A stretch of DNA of 64,000 nucleotides, from positions 199,173 to 263,172 of the IMG/VR virus record IMGVR_UViG_3300045988_160394; one strand, given 5' to 3'. The notes beneath the pieces were generated by a model. That model worked only from the letters and a program-made list of their open reading frames with translations. It did no database searches and was not told the origin of the DNA. Positions 45,854-54,269 of the stretch are shown here, in pieces (the stretch's first letter is position 1; every line of letters starts with the position of its first letter). The DNA comes from a virus. Both the position numbers and the translations under genes were made by a program.

Positions 45854-46219
45854 TTACTCACCCCCTTCCCATAATTTACTATCATCATCTTTATATATTT
45901 CTTTTTCTAATTTTTCAACCATTTCTTCTGATAAGTTCGTTTCTCCATTTTTTATAGAATATTCTTCAGCAGTAAAGTTATATAAGATATTAAAATCTTC
46001 TGATCCAAATACTTCATTAAAAACCTTGACGTTTTTTAAAACATATCTACTACTTTCTATTTTATTAATATCATCTATATATCTATGAGTTGTCATGCTA
46101 CCTGTTATTAATATTTCTTCTTCTCCATTTTCATTCTCTATTAATTTAGTTTCAAACGTAAGACGCCCTTTGACTCTCTTTAATTGTTTATCTCCTGTTA
46201 CTATCTTTAGGTTCGCCAT
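45854..46219 (-). CDS. Hypothetical protein (121 aa), first gene of the minus-strand operon
   Basis: Intact ORF with TAA stop, preceded by the 290-nt AT-rich divergent spacer. Confidence 0.55.
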   Translation of the reverse strand: MANLKIVTGDKQLKRVKGRLTFETKLIENENGEEEILITGSMTTHRYIDDINKIESSRYVLKNVKVFNEVFGSEDFNILYNFTAEEYSIKNGETNLSEEMVEKLEKEIYKDDDSKLWEGGE

Positions 46220-46286
46220 AAAATTGTCCTCCTTATATATTTTTCCTATATATTAATATATTCTAGTATTTTATTTATTTTAAATT

Positions 46287-46300
46287 GTCAGAAAATTCTG
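46287..46300. promoter_or_regulatory. Perfect palindrome TCAGAA-AA-TTCTGA in the divergent control region
   Basis: Read directly in the 46220-46508 spacer between the two opposed gene blocks. Candidate operator; I could not call confident -35/-10 boxes. Confidence 0.25.
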
Positions 46301-46517
46301 AAAACTTTCATCATATATATTTTTATATATTTTTCTACACCAATTTACAAATTTTTCCTATATAGAGCAAAATTTTTATAATTTTTCGAAGCAGTACCTA
46401 GTTATTGATAATAGATAAAAAGCTAAGAATTTTAGCCCCAGGTCTATTAAGTTAAACAAAATAAAAATAAACGAAAGGGTCTAATGATAAAAGATTGATT
46501 AGACAGAGGTGAATAAA

Positions 46518-46856
46518 ATGGAAAACTTAAAAGAAGTAAAAGCAACAAGAGTAAACGGAAGATTAATGGCTTCAGGTAAAGTAAAGTCATTAAATGAAAA
46601 GAGAAGAGAACAAGGAGTGAATATTATGAAACAAGAACAAGTAGTAGAAGTAAAAGAAGAAAGAATAGATACATCTATGTTTGATAAATTAAGTGCTAAT
46701 AAAGCAGCTTATAATAAGCACTTAGAGGATCTAGCTTATGACAAATGGTTAGATGAACAATTCGATCAAGAAGACAAGGAAAAGAAGCTATCATATAAGA
46801 TATCAAAGTTGTTTAAAATGATGGCTAGAGACTTGCAAGGAAAGAAAATAAAATAA
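46518..46856 (+). CDS. Hypothetical early protein (112 aa)
   Basis: ATG 46518 lies 7 nt after GAGGTG (the track starts at GTG 46509). TAA stop. Confidence 0.6.
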   Translation: MENLKEVKATRVNGRLMASGKVKSLNEKRREQGVNIMKQEQVVEVKEERIDTSMFDKLSANKAAYNKHLEDLAYDKWLDEQFDQEDKEKKLSYKISKLFKMMARDLQGKKIK

Positions 46857-46878
46857 ATAAACAGTAGGAGGTAAAGTG

Positions 46879-47283
46879 ATGAAGAAATCAAACAATTATA
46901 GACATGAGTTAGAGAGGTTAAAACCATTTAATAACTTCATAGTAGAAGGTAAGGTAGAGTGTATTAGTAGTAAGTTCACTGATAGTTTCTCAGGAGGATA
47001 TAAGACTAAGACTATGTTATTAACTAATGTAGGAATAGCATTAAGATCTAAGAAAGATAAGAAACTACACATAGTTATGAGAATAGATCACATATGGATA
47101 GCAGAGGATACTAATACAATACCTAGAGATAAAAATACAAAAATAGGAGATATAGTTAAGTTCAGAGGTAAAGTATATGAGTATAAATATAGTCATGGAG
47201 GTATACAATTAGGCATTAAACAGAGCATGAAAGGACATGTGAATGTAACCAAAGGAATAAGCTATAAAATATTGTATAAATAA
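46879..47283 (+). CDS. Hypothetical early protein (134 aa)
   Basis: ATG lies after AGGAGG. TAA stop. Followed by the AT-rich 9-bp hairpin CCTATATAT-(9 nt)-ATATATAGG at ca 47295-47321. Confidence 0.6.
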   Translation: MKKSNNYRHELERLKPFNNFIVEGKVECISSKFTDSFSGGYKTKTMLLTNVGIALRSKKDKKLHIVMRIDHIWIAEDTNTIPRDKNTKIGDIVKFRGKVYEYKYSHGGIQLGIKQSMKGHVNVTKGISYKILYK

Positions 47284-47404
47284 TATAGATTATGCCTATA
47301 TATGCATTACGTATATATAGGTATAAATGTGTATTATTCATACACTATGCACAGAGTATGTGGCATTATGGTCAACGAACCGCCCGCTCAATGGAGGTGC
47401 AATT

Positions 47405-49663
47405 ATGTCAAATTTAAACAACGTATTAGGGAACAACAATAATGTAGAAGGAGGAAGCAATATGAAAAAAGTAGTAATCAAAGCTACAAACAACAATAGC
47501 AGAAAGGCTGCTAAAATGAACAAGGAGTTACATGATGTAATGGCTAAGAGATTTATGAAACAAAATCTATATAACTGGGCTCCAGTTATCAGAATGATTA
47601 CTATAACAGGAGTAGATGATTTAGAAAACTTAGTGTTTGATATGTACAATACTATAGGAGGTAACAGCCCTGTAATGAGAGAGTTCGTTAAAAGAAATGG
47701 ATCCGTTACAGAAGGGGAGGTAGATGTCGTTCAAGTATTACCAGATGGAAGAAAAACAACTAGAAAGGTTGTTTGTGGAGAAGTTAAAGGTAAGATGAGA
47801 CATGATTATGTGGAGGATATATTCCTTATCCAATTTAAGGATTTAGAAAAGAATTTTAAAGGTATAACTAAGAAAGAAAAGAAAGAAGCTAGTGAATTAT
47901 TAGTTGCTTCCGTTCTTGATAATGGATTATCCATAGTAACAGATGTTAATGGATATCCTGCTGTTAGAATAAAAGGCCAAGAGATGGAAGGAGATGTAGT
48001 TAATAAAACTATTTCACCATTCATATGGACACCTTCAAACGAAAGAAATGGTCAAATACTAATGACTAGTATAGACCATAATGAAGCTTGGGACATATTA
48101 GAGACTGTTGGTGGAAGAACAGTTAGCAAGCTATTAGAAAAAGGAGAAGAGATGCCAATAGCTAAATTCAAGAAGTTAGCTTCAAGAATAGGTTTATTCG
48201 CAACTCCAGCTATTAAGTTCGGAAAAATAGGTACAGCTAAACATGGCCTATTATTAATAAACAGGACCATAGCTGGTGCTGATGATTTTGATAAAATTGC
48301 TAAGGAAGTGTTAGACTCTGTAGGAGTTGAAATAGATGATAACCAATATGATGGAGCTGTTTGGTTCTCAGCAGAATGGTTATCAGATTGTTTCAAAGAA
48401 AATGGATTTAACATTTCACCAGCTCAAGCCATCTGGTTTTCAGCTCAGCTAAGAGTCAATAAGATATATGCTAAAGTATTTGGAGAAGCATTTATTCAAG
48501 AGCTAGTTAATGTAATGGCTCACAAATTAATTGAAAACTTAGTAGAAGGTAGAGATTATACTATCATAGGTAATAGAGACAATATCTCAATGATACTAGA
48601 TAGTAATGGTGCTAAGTTATTGGATTTAAACTTAAAAGATAAATGTGATGTTTATCTATTAGATATAGCTAAAGGCACACAATCAGGTACAGCCATACAA
48701 ATGACAGATAAAATGGCTGTAAAAGATAAAGAAGCTACTTGCAACTTCTTATACAAAAGAGGTATAGAAGAATGTCACAATTATGTAAATGCTATAGGTG
48801 ATACAACTAAATCATTAGTAGAAGATGATATAAATGTATCAGAGTACTTAATAAATGTTGCAAAACATAATGGAGGAGCAATTGCTTCTAAAGTATTCTC
48901 TGATCAATATATCGTATCAGGTATATTAAGAGATGCAACTAAGAAACATGAAGCTGCTTATAGAAGAGGTAGAGTAGAATTAAACTCACTATTCCAAAGA
49001 GCTTTATTTGATAATACTTATGTATTTACTAGTGGTAAATTAGACTCAGTATTAAGAGTTGATAGTAGAGGTGCTATAGAATGCTATTCAACTGATGTTT
49101 TAGAATTAAATAGAGAAGTAATAGATGCTATAGAAAATGATAATACATTAAATGATTATGAGAAGGATATGAAATTAAGAGAAGTATTATCTGCTTGTAT
49201 TATTAAATACCCTACTCCGGGTACAGAGGAAATAGAACTTGTAGTCTTCTTAACAGAGAAACAAATAAATAGAAGACTACAAGGTTATGTGAAATCAGGT
49301 ATGATAACTAAAGAAGAAGCTTTAGTTCTATATAAATATTTTGTATACTCATCATACGGTACAATAAAAATAGCTGCTGATAATAGTGTAAAACACAAAT
49401 TAGCAGGATTTGATACAGATTACGACGGATTCGCAGTCGTATTCGAAAAAGAATTGGTCACTATAATAGAAGGAGTGTATGTTGAAAGAACTGAATCATT
49501 CCAAGAATCAACAGGTTCAATAGCTACACATGGTGGTGTTACTCCATTTATTGATTGTGGACATGATGCTAAGAACTATATAGAGCTAAATAATAAAAAT
49601 GTTAATATGAAAGATAAATCAGTACAGGACGAAATAAGTATTTGGAATAACTTATTCGAGTAG
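47405..49663 (+). CDS. 752-aa protein with two-barrel RNA-polymerase-like catalytic loop (DxDxD); paralogous to the C-terminal region of the giant 2770..11610
   Basis: ATG 47405 lies behind GGAGGTG (the track start 47327 has no RBS). IIKYPTPGTEEIELVVFLTEKQINRRLQGY...LAGFDTDYDGFAVVF aligns with the giant's ITDRYPNTRNNSINQTRVFLDKRLQGN...KANADQDGDSLSSF. DTDYDG = 49412-49429. Confidence 0.65.
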   Translation: MSNLNNVLGNNNNVEGGSNMKKVVIKATNNNSRKAAKMNKELHDVMAKRFMKQNLYNWAPVIRMITITGVDDLENLVFDMYNTIGGNSPVMREFVKRNGSVTEGEVDVVQVLPDGRKTTRKVVCGEVKGKMRHDYVEDIFLIQFKDLEKNFKGITKKEKKEASELLVASVLDNGLSIVTDVNGYPAVRIKGQEMEGDVVNKTISPFIWTPSNERNGQILMTSIDHNEAWDILETVGGRTVSKLLEKGEEMPIAKFKKLASRIGLFATPAIKFGKIGTAKHGLLLINRTIAGADDFDKIAKEVLDSVGVEIDDNQYDGAVWFSAEWLSDCFKENGFNISPAQAIWFSAQLRVNKIYAKVFGEAFIQELVNVMAHKLIENLVEGRDYTIIGNRDNISMILDSNGAKLLDLNLKDKCDVYLLDIAKGTQSGTAIQMTDKMAVKDKEATCNFLYKRGIEECHNYVNAIGDTTKSLVEDDINVSEYLINVAKHNGGAIASKVFSDQYIVSGILRDATKKHEAAYRRGRVELNSLFQRALFDNTYVFTSGKLDSVLRVDSRGAIECYSTDVLELNREVIDAIENDNTLNDYEKDMKLREVLSACIIKYPTPGTEEIELVVFLTEKQINRRLQGYVKSGMITKEEALVLYKYFVYSSYGTIKIAADNSVKHKLAGFDTDYDGFAVVFEKELVTIIEGVYVERTESFQESTGSIATHGGVTPFIDCGHDAKNYIELNNKNVNMKDKSVQDEISIWNNLFE

Positions 49664-49692
49664 TATTGATTGAGTAATTGTGTAATAGGTTC

Positions 49693-49728
49693 GGTGAGTG
49701 TATACCTTTAAAACTCACCATTTAAATT
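49693..49728 (+). terminator. Terminator-like hairpin after the RNAP-like gene
   Basis: GGTGAGT-(13 nt)-ACTCACC followed by ATTTAAATT. Confidence 0.45.
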
Positions 49729-49795
49729 AAAATATAAAAATAAAAGATAAAAAATTAAGGAAATCTTCAAAGAGTGAAGATATTAGGAGGAAACA

Positions 49796-51646
49796 ATGAT
49801 GAAAATATTATTAAACAACAACAACAATGGAGCAAATACTTTAATGGAGGCTGTTTCAAACGAAATGATGAAAATAACAGAAGCATCTAAGTTTAATGTT
49901 GCTAATGGTGTAGCAGGATTATATAACAGTGAAAAGAGAATAGATAAGAGAATGTTAGATTATTTAACAAAAGTAGATACTAGAAAGCTAGATAACATAC
50001 AAAGAGCTTTCGCAGTAACATCTTTTGCGACAGGTTCAATGGTAGGTATAACTACTATTGGTATAGAAGCAGCTTTAACTTTAGCTACTTCAACTTATCA
50101 ATATTTAGATAAAGATGGGAAGGTAAATGCTAAGAAAGTTGAAAGAGTTGTTAAGAACATAGGTGAAAAGCCAGAAGCTGGATATAGATATGTATCAGTG
50201 TTTAATTACAATGTAAACAAGGCTTTAGCTATATCTAAGTTCAGCAGAGCTTCAATATTTATAAGAGTATCTGCTCATGAAATAAAAGAGTTCCAAAAGA
50301 GAATAAGAAAGATTGATATGACAGCTATCCAACCAGAAGATCTTGTTACAATAGCATATGACATGGATATCATAGGTAGAGCTCTTCAAGAGTTATCTAT
50401 AGACGTTACTAAGGATAAATCAAAAGATATTGGTTATGATATCAATTCATTAATCAATATGACTAATAAAACAAAGTCTAACATTATTAAGAATACAGTT
50501 GTTAAAAACAACATAGAAGATATAATATCAGAAAAGATATTTAAAGGAACAGTTTCTAAAAAATACTCAATGGAAGCTATAATAGATGGTAAACCAATGA
50601 GTGAAGTAGATGTTAATGATAAAGATGAATTAAATAGTGCTTACATCGATAATTTAGGTGGAGATTGTAAAGACGCTATAAATGCTGGTTACATGAAAGG
50701 ATTCGAGCCTATTGTTGAGTTATTAAAAGTAAGCAATAATGATGCTTACCAAGTATTCAAGAACAGAGTAGTAACAGCTTCTCAAAACTCTAACCAAAAG
50801 GATGTTATTATGAATCAAATAATAACTGCTGCTAGAGTTGCTATGGATATCATTAATAATCTATATGGTAAGAAGCAATATGACAATACTATAACAAGCA
50901 GCTATATCAAAGAAGTTGCTGCTAAATTAAGAAATGCTATATACACTGTAGGAGCTAAATATGGAGTAGATCCAGTTAACACAGTTAAGATAGCTATGTC
51001 AGCTCCATTTGCTAAAATAGTTAACGGAGAATTAAAAGTAAAAGAAAGACCAACTAGCTTAAGAGCTATATTAGACATCTTCCCAAAAGAATTTGTAGTA
51101 GAATATGTATGTAATCCATATGATACAGAACAAAGCAAAAGAGAAGTAGCTGAATCAGCTTGTTACTTAACTGTTACATTCTCTGATTATGATTTATGCT
51201 TAGGAGATGAATTAGATTTCGAAGATAGTTTATCTATGACTGAGTATGGTATGGTTTCAATTAAAGAAAAATTCTCAGGTAAAGCTGTTGTTACAGAAGA
51301 AGGATTAAAAGCTGTTGTTGATATATACGCATTTGAATATACTGATGCTGTATTCTTAAGTGAAATATATACAAATAACGAACAAAGTTTTAATGCTCCA
51401 TTTGTACAACCAGTTTGCTTTACAAAAAATAGTGATGAATCTAATATAGAAACATCAATAGAAATGAACGCTATAAGAGAGAAAATAGACACTTGCTTAG
51501 ACGCAGGTACTAACGGTGTTCTATTATGTGTAAAAACAAAAGAGGGGAACTTATCAAAGATAGGTAGATTAGCTTTCCCTTATCAAGGAAAAATTAGAAT
51601 AAAAGATTATATAATAAATACATCTTGTGGAGTTGTATTATTATAA
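49796..51646 (+). CDS. Hypothetical early protein (616 aa)
   Basis: Intact ORF with RBS AGGAGG and TAA stop. No family recognised by eye. Confidence 0.65.
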   Translation: MMKILLNNNNNGANTLMEAVSNEMMKITEASKFNVANGVAGLYNSEKRIDKRMLDYLTKVDTRKLDNIQRAFAVTSFATGSMVGITTIGIEAALTLATSTYQYLDKDGKVNAKKVERVVKNIGEKPEAGYRYVSVFNYNVNKALAISKFSRASIFIRVSAHEIKEFQKRIRKIDMTAIQPEDLVTIAYDMDIIGRALQELSIDVTKDKSKDIGYDINSLINMTNKTKSNIIKNTVVKNNIEDIISEKIFKGTVSKKYSMEAIIDGKPMSEVDVNDKDELNSAYIDNLGGDCKDAINAGYMKGFEPIVELLKVSNNDAYQVFKNRVVTASQNSNQKDVIMNQIITAARVAMDIINNLYGKKQYDNTITSSYIKEVAAKLRNAIYTVGAKYGVDPVNTVKIAMSAPFAKIVNGELKVKERPTSLRAILDIFPKEFVVEYVCNPYDTEQSKREVAESACYLTVTFSDYDLCLGDELDFEDSLSMTEYGMVSIKEKFSGKAVVTEEGLKAVVDIYAFEYTDAVFLSEIYTNNEQSFNAPFVQPVCFTKNSDESNIETSIEMNAIREKIDTCLDAGTNGVLLCVKTKEGNLSKIGRLAFPYQGKIRIKDYIINTSCGVVLL

Positions 51647-51655
51647 GATAAAGAT

Positions 51656-51690
51656 AAGGCATGACTTACATAGTTGTGCCTTTTATTATA
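51656..51690 (+). terminator. Rho-independent-type terminator
   Basis: AAGGCA-(15 nt)-TGCCTT followed by TTTATTAT. Confidence 0.5.
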
Positions 51691-51744
51691 CTCAAAGATA
51701 TAAAATAAGAATGCAAAGAAAATAATAAAGTGAGGTAAAGAAAG

Positions 51745-52908
51745 ATGAAAAAGATAGCAATAGAAATAATGGAAAGACAATTACAAGAAAGAAAGGAAGC
51801 TGCAACTAGTATTATAAACAACACAATAGAAGCATTAAAAGTATTAGGACAAGAAGAGTTATTATCTTCAAATGTAGTAGAAGTAGAGAAAGAAAAAATA
51901 GTAGAAGTTAAAGTTCCAGTTGAAGTAGATAAGAGTGAATTAGAAGCTTTAAAAGTAAAAAATGCAGAAGCTGAAGCTATTATCAAATCATTAAAGAAAG
52001 AATTAGCTAATGAAAAGAGAAAGGCTACTAACAGTAACAAGAGAGTAGATAAATTAAAAGAACAAGTTTCTGAATTAAAATCAGATGTTAAAGGTTTATC
52101 TAAGATAGCTGATAAAAATAAAGAGCTTGTAGAAGAGAATAAATACTTAAAAGATATGATTACAAAATTAGAAGCTAAATTAAACATGAAAACAAATGCT
52201 GAATTTAAAGTACCAGTGAAGAATAAAGAAACAGTTAAGAAGCAAACTCCTGTTCAAATTAATAGCGATTTGAAAATTTATTCAAACAATAACATAAGTA
52301 TATTAGCTCAATATAAAAATGTTATATTTGAAGCTTCTAAAAGAATGGATGCAATAACCATATATGATCCAAGTATGTACGGTATGAAAGAAGAAATAAA
52401 AGCTGCACTAGAATCAGCTAAATTATTTACTCAAGCTAGAGATGTAAAAGACCATGACAGAATAGAAACTGAAATAGGTTCATGTCATGCTATATCTAAG
52501 ACTAAGTATATGGGATTCGTTATGGATAACGGTAAAGCTATTTGTTATGTATACGAACCAAGTAAATATGATACAGCTAAAGCTATTTTAATAAACAAAA
52601 GATTAAATAACACTAGTATTAAATATGAACCAGCTACAGAATCTCAACAAGCTCTTATTAACAATTTAGTAGCTCAACATGTAGCTGCTAATAATAAGAG
52701 AATGGAGCAACTTTCTCAAGATGCATATACTGGTTTAGGGTTAGATTTCTTAGATGGAAATAATAATCAACAAACAGTTAGTAATAGTGCTCCTAGTGTT
52801 AGCTTAAACTTTACAAAACAACCTGAACAAACTGCACCTTCAACTAATAGTCCTGAAGAGGATATGATGGCTGAATTTGCTAGAATGTTAGATGGTTTAA
52901 ATGCATAA
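51745..52908 (+). CDS. Hypothetical protein (387 aa) with N-terminal coiled coil
   Basis: Intact ORF with RBS GAGGT. Heptad-rich residues 1-150. TAA stop. Confidence 0.65.
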   Translation: MKKIAIEIMERQLQERKEAATSIINNTIEALKVLGQEELLSSNVVEVEKEKIVEVKVPVEVDKSELEALKVKNAEAEAIIKSLKKELANEKRKATNSNKRVDKLKEQVSELKSDVKGLSKIADKNKELVEENKYLKDMITKLEAKLNMKTNAEFKVPVKNKETVKKQTPVQINSDLKIYSNNNISILAQYKNVIFEASKRMDAITIYDPSMYGMKEEIKAALESAKLFTQARDVKDHDRIETEIGSCHAISKTKYMGFVMDNGKAICYVYEPSKYDTAKAILINKRLNNTSIKYEPATESQQALINNLVAQHVAANNKRMEQLSQDAYTGLGLDFLDGNNNQQTVSNSAPSVSLNFTKQPEQTAPSTNSPEEDMMAEFARMLDGLNA

Positions 52909-53205
52909 GCGTTACCTTTCCCCTGCGGGGGTAGTTTCTCACGTTAAGCCCTACGGGTTTGAGTTAAAAGTAACTACCTTCGGTTATCGAGAAATTAGAA
53001 ATATTTCTTTCTATGACAAGTTAGCTCCGCTTCGCTACGCTAACTGTTAGAAAGAAGAAAACTCGCTTCGCTCGTAAGAAATAGAGCGTTTTGTGAGTAT
53101 TCGTGAGAAGAGTGCTTCTCTTTGGTGGGTAAAACCACCAACGGTTGTACTTAGCTCTACGAGTGCCATAAGAAATCATAAAAGAAATAGTACTTCTTTT
53201 TGATT
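52909..53205 (+). ncRNA. Unclassified GC-rich structured RNA island (about 300 nt, at least 6 hairpins, several UNCG tetraloops)
   Basis: Noncoding in all frames and far more GC-rich than its flanks. Hairpins and helices read directly:
- CCCC-UGCG-GGGG;
- GGUAGUU...AACUACC enclosing CUCA[..AAGCCC-UAC-GGGUUU..]UGAG;
- C-UUCG-G;
- a 16-bp bipartite helix UUCUUUCUA..AGUUAGC-(13 nt)-GCUAACU..UAGAAAGAA (53005-53056);
- CGCUC-(10 nt)-GAGCG;
- GAGAAG-AGUG-CUUCUC;
- GGUGG-GUAAAA-CCACC.
The stable loops are UNCG only on the plus strand. Confidence 0.6.
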
Positions 53206-53247
53206 ATAAACTAAATCAATTATATTAAATTAAAGGAGGTATTCACA

Positions 53248-53730
53248 ATGAATACAAATACAACTATCAAGAAAAGAATATTTACTATGGCTATGAGAGG
53301 CAACACTGCTATCTTAACAGACAGTAGTAATCCTCAATCTACTATCTCATTTAAAGGAGAAAACTTATCTATTATTGGCTTACAACTATTAAATAAGCTA
53401 TTAGAAAGTATGCCAACTCAAAGATTAAACTATAAAGTAGCAGTATTATTACCACATACTGTAGTTATTCCTACATTCGAAAATACTAGAAATGCATGGA
53501 TTGCTAATGGTAAAACTAAGACTGGTAATGATATAGAACCTGCTAAGCTTCATGAAGTTATTAGACTTAATGAGCTATTAAGAGTTAAAGGTCATAACGT
53601 AGAAATCTTTGACCAAAGCAAACTAACTAGTGTAATGTATAAATCATTTACTAGAAAGACATGGGAGCTTATGGATAAGATAGTACCAAAAGCAGAGGCA
53701 GAAGATTGCAATGCATTTATGGTTCAATAA
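53248..53730 (+). CDS. Hypothetical early protein (160 aa), distant paralog of 55406..56248
   Basis: Intact ORF with RBS AAAGGAGG. Shared block ANGKTKTGNDIEPAKLHEVIRLNELL vs RTGKTKSGTQLTGQEMQAFKDVYKMI. Confidence 0.6.
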   Translation: MNTNTTIKKRIFTMAMRGNTAILTDSSNPQSTISFKGENLSIIGLQLLNKLLESMPTQRLNYKVAVLLPHTVVIPTFENTRNAWIANGKTKTGNDIEPAKLHEVIRLNELLRVKGHNVEIFDQSKLTSVMYKSFTRKTWELMDKIVPKAEAEDCNAFMVQ

Positions 53731-53760
53731 TATTATTATGAGTCAGTGAAATATCTGGCT

Positions 53761-53821
53761 CTTTCTGTCGTGGAAGATACAGTCCACCTGATGATGGCTA
53801 TTAGGTAGCCGAAACAGAAAT
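53761..53821 (+). ncRNA. Hammerhead ribozyme, type III (open stem III)
   Basis: Layout: UUUCUGU-C^ (stem III 5' strand, GUC triplet, cleavage after C53769); GUGGA-AGAUACAG-UCCAC (stem I); CUGAUGA; extra U; GGCUA-UUAGG-UAGCC (stem II); GAAA; CAGAAA (stem III 3' strand). All invariant core nucleotides are present. Confidence 0.85.
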
Positions 53822-53846
53822 ATTATTACATTATGAGGTGATTGAT

Positions 53847-54269
53847 ATGAAAATATTTATACCAGCTTACGAAGGAATATCTGGATTATATACTGTAGAA
53901 GAAATAAGAGAAGGAGAAAACTTCTATTATGATAATGGATCTATGGTAAACATATATGACAACTATTTTATTGTTATCAATAACAATGGAATAATCGAGT
54001 ACGAAAGTGATGAAGGATTATACAGCATATTTGTTATGTGTTCTGATGAAGAAATAAAATTCTTAGAACAATTTACAGATATAGGATCTAAAAAGATTTT
54101 AGAGAGAATGTTAGAGCGTAGAATGTATTACGCTAATCTTAAAAAATCTGTAGATGGTAAAACATGTCCTGTATGTGGAAAGAAACTATCCGAATCTAAT
54201 ATAGATGCTGGAATAAGAAATCTATTCTGCAATAATTGTAAGCATAGTGAAACTATTTGCATAGATTAG
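53847..54269 (+). CDS. Hypothetical early protein (140 aa) with C-terminal zinc ribbon
   Basis: ATG lies after GAGGTGATTGAT. Motif CPVCGKKL...FCNNCKH. The G of the TAG stop is the first nt of the next ribozyme. Confidence 0.6.
   Translation: MKIFIPAYEGISGLYTVEEIREGENFYYDNGSMVNIYDNYFIVINNNGIIEYESDEGLYSIFVMCSDEEIKFLEQFTDIGSKKILERMLERRMYYANLKKSVDGKTCPVCGKKLSESNIDAGIRNLFCNNCKHSETICID

Noticed and set aside
45570-46088. 172-aa plus-strand track ORF
   Set aside because: It is antisense to two well-supported minus-strand genes (45185..45847 and 45854..46219), has no RBS and is low-complexity. It is a shadow ORF. The same reasoning applies to the other antisense track ORFs inside late genes: 2713..3024, 5225..5425, 8009..8368, 13005..13352, 14916..15200, 16938..17192, 18135..18530, 23562..23900, 30784..31178, 32236..32601, 33488..33883, 34736..34972, 40504..40800 and 43303..43733.
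1-46219. Interpreting the fragmented minus-strand ORFs as pseudogenes of a decaying prophage
   Set aside because: Every one of the 45 interruptions is a TGA in the same frame. I found no TAA/TAG interruption and no frameshift, and the joined products are full-length, domain-complete proteins. Random decay would not produce this pattern.
47338-52187. Minus-strand track ORFs inside the plus-strand genes (47338..47649, 47806..48024, 48052..48414, 50902..51138, 51187..51492, 51666..52187)
   Set aside because: They are antisense to long, RBS-preceded plus-strand ORFs. Their leucine/serine/phenylalanine-rich composition is typical of shadow frames in AT-rich DNA.
52940-52990. Pistol ribozyme, because CACGUUAAGCCCUA and GUUAAAAGUAAC resemble remembered pistol segments (CACGUUAAAUAG, UUAAGCCCUAAGCG)
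   Set aside because: The order of the segments is wrong. No P1 hairpin has a loop complementary to CCCUA, so the defining pseudoknot cannot form.
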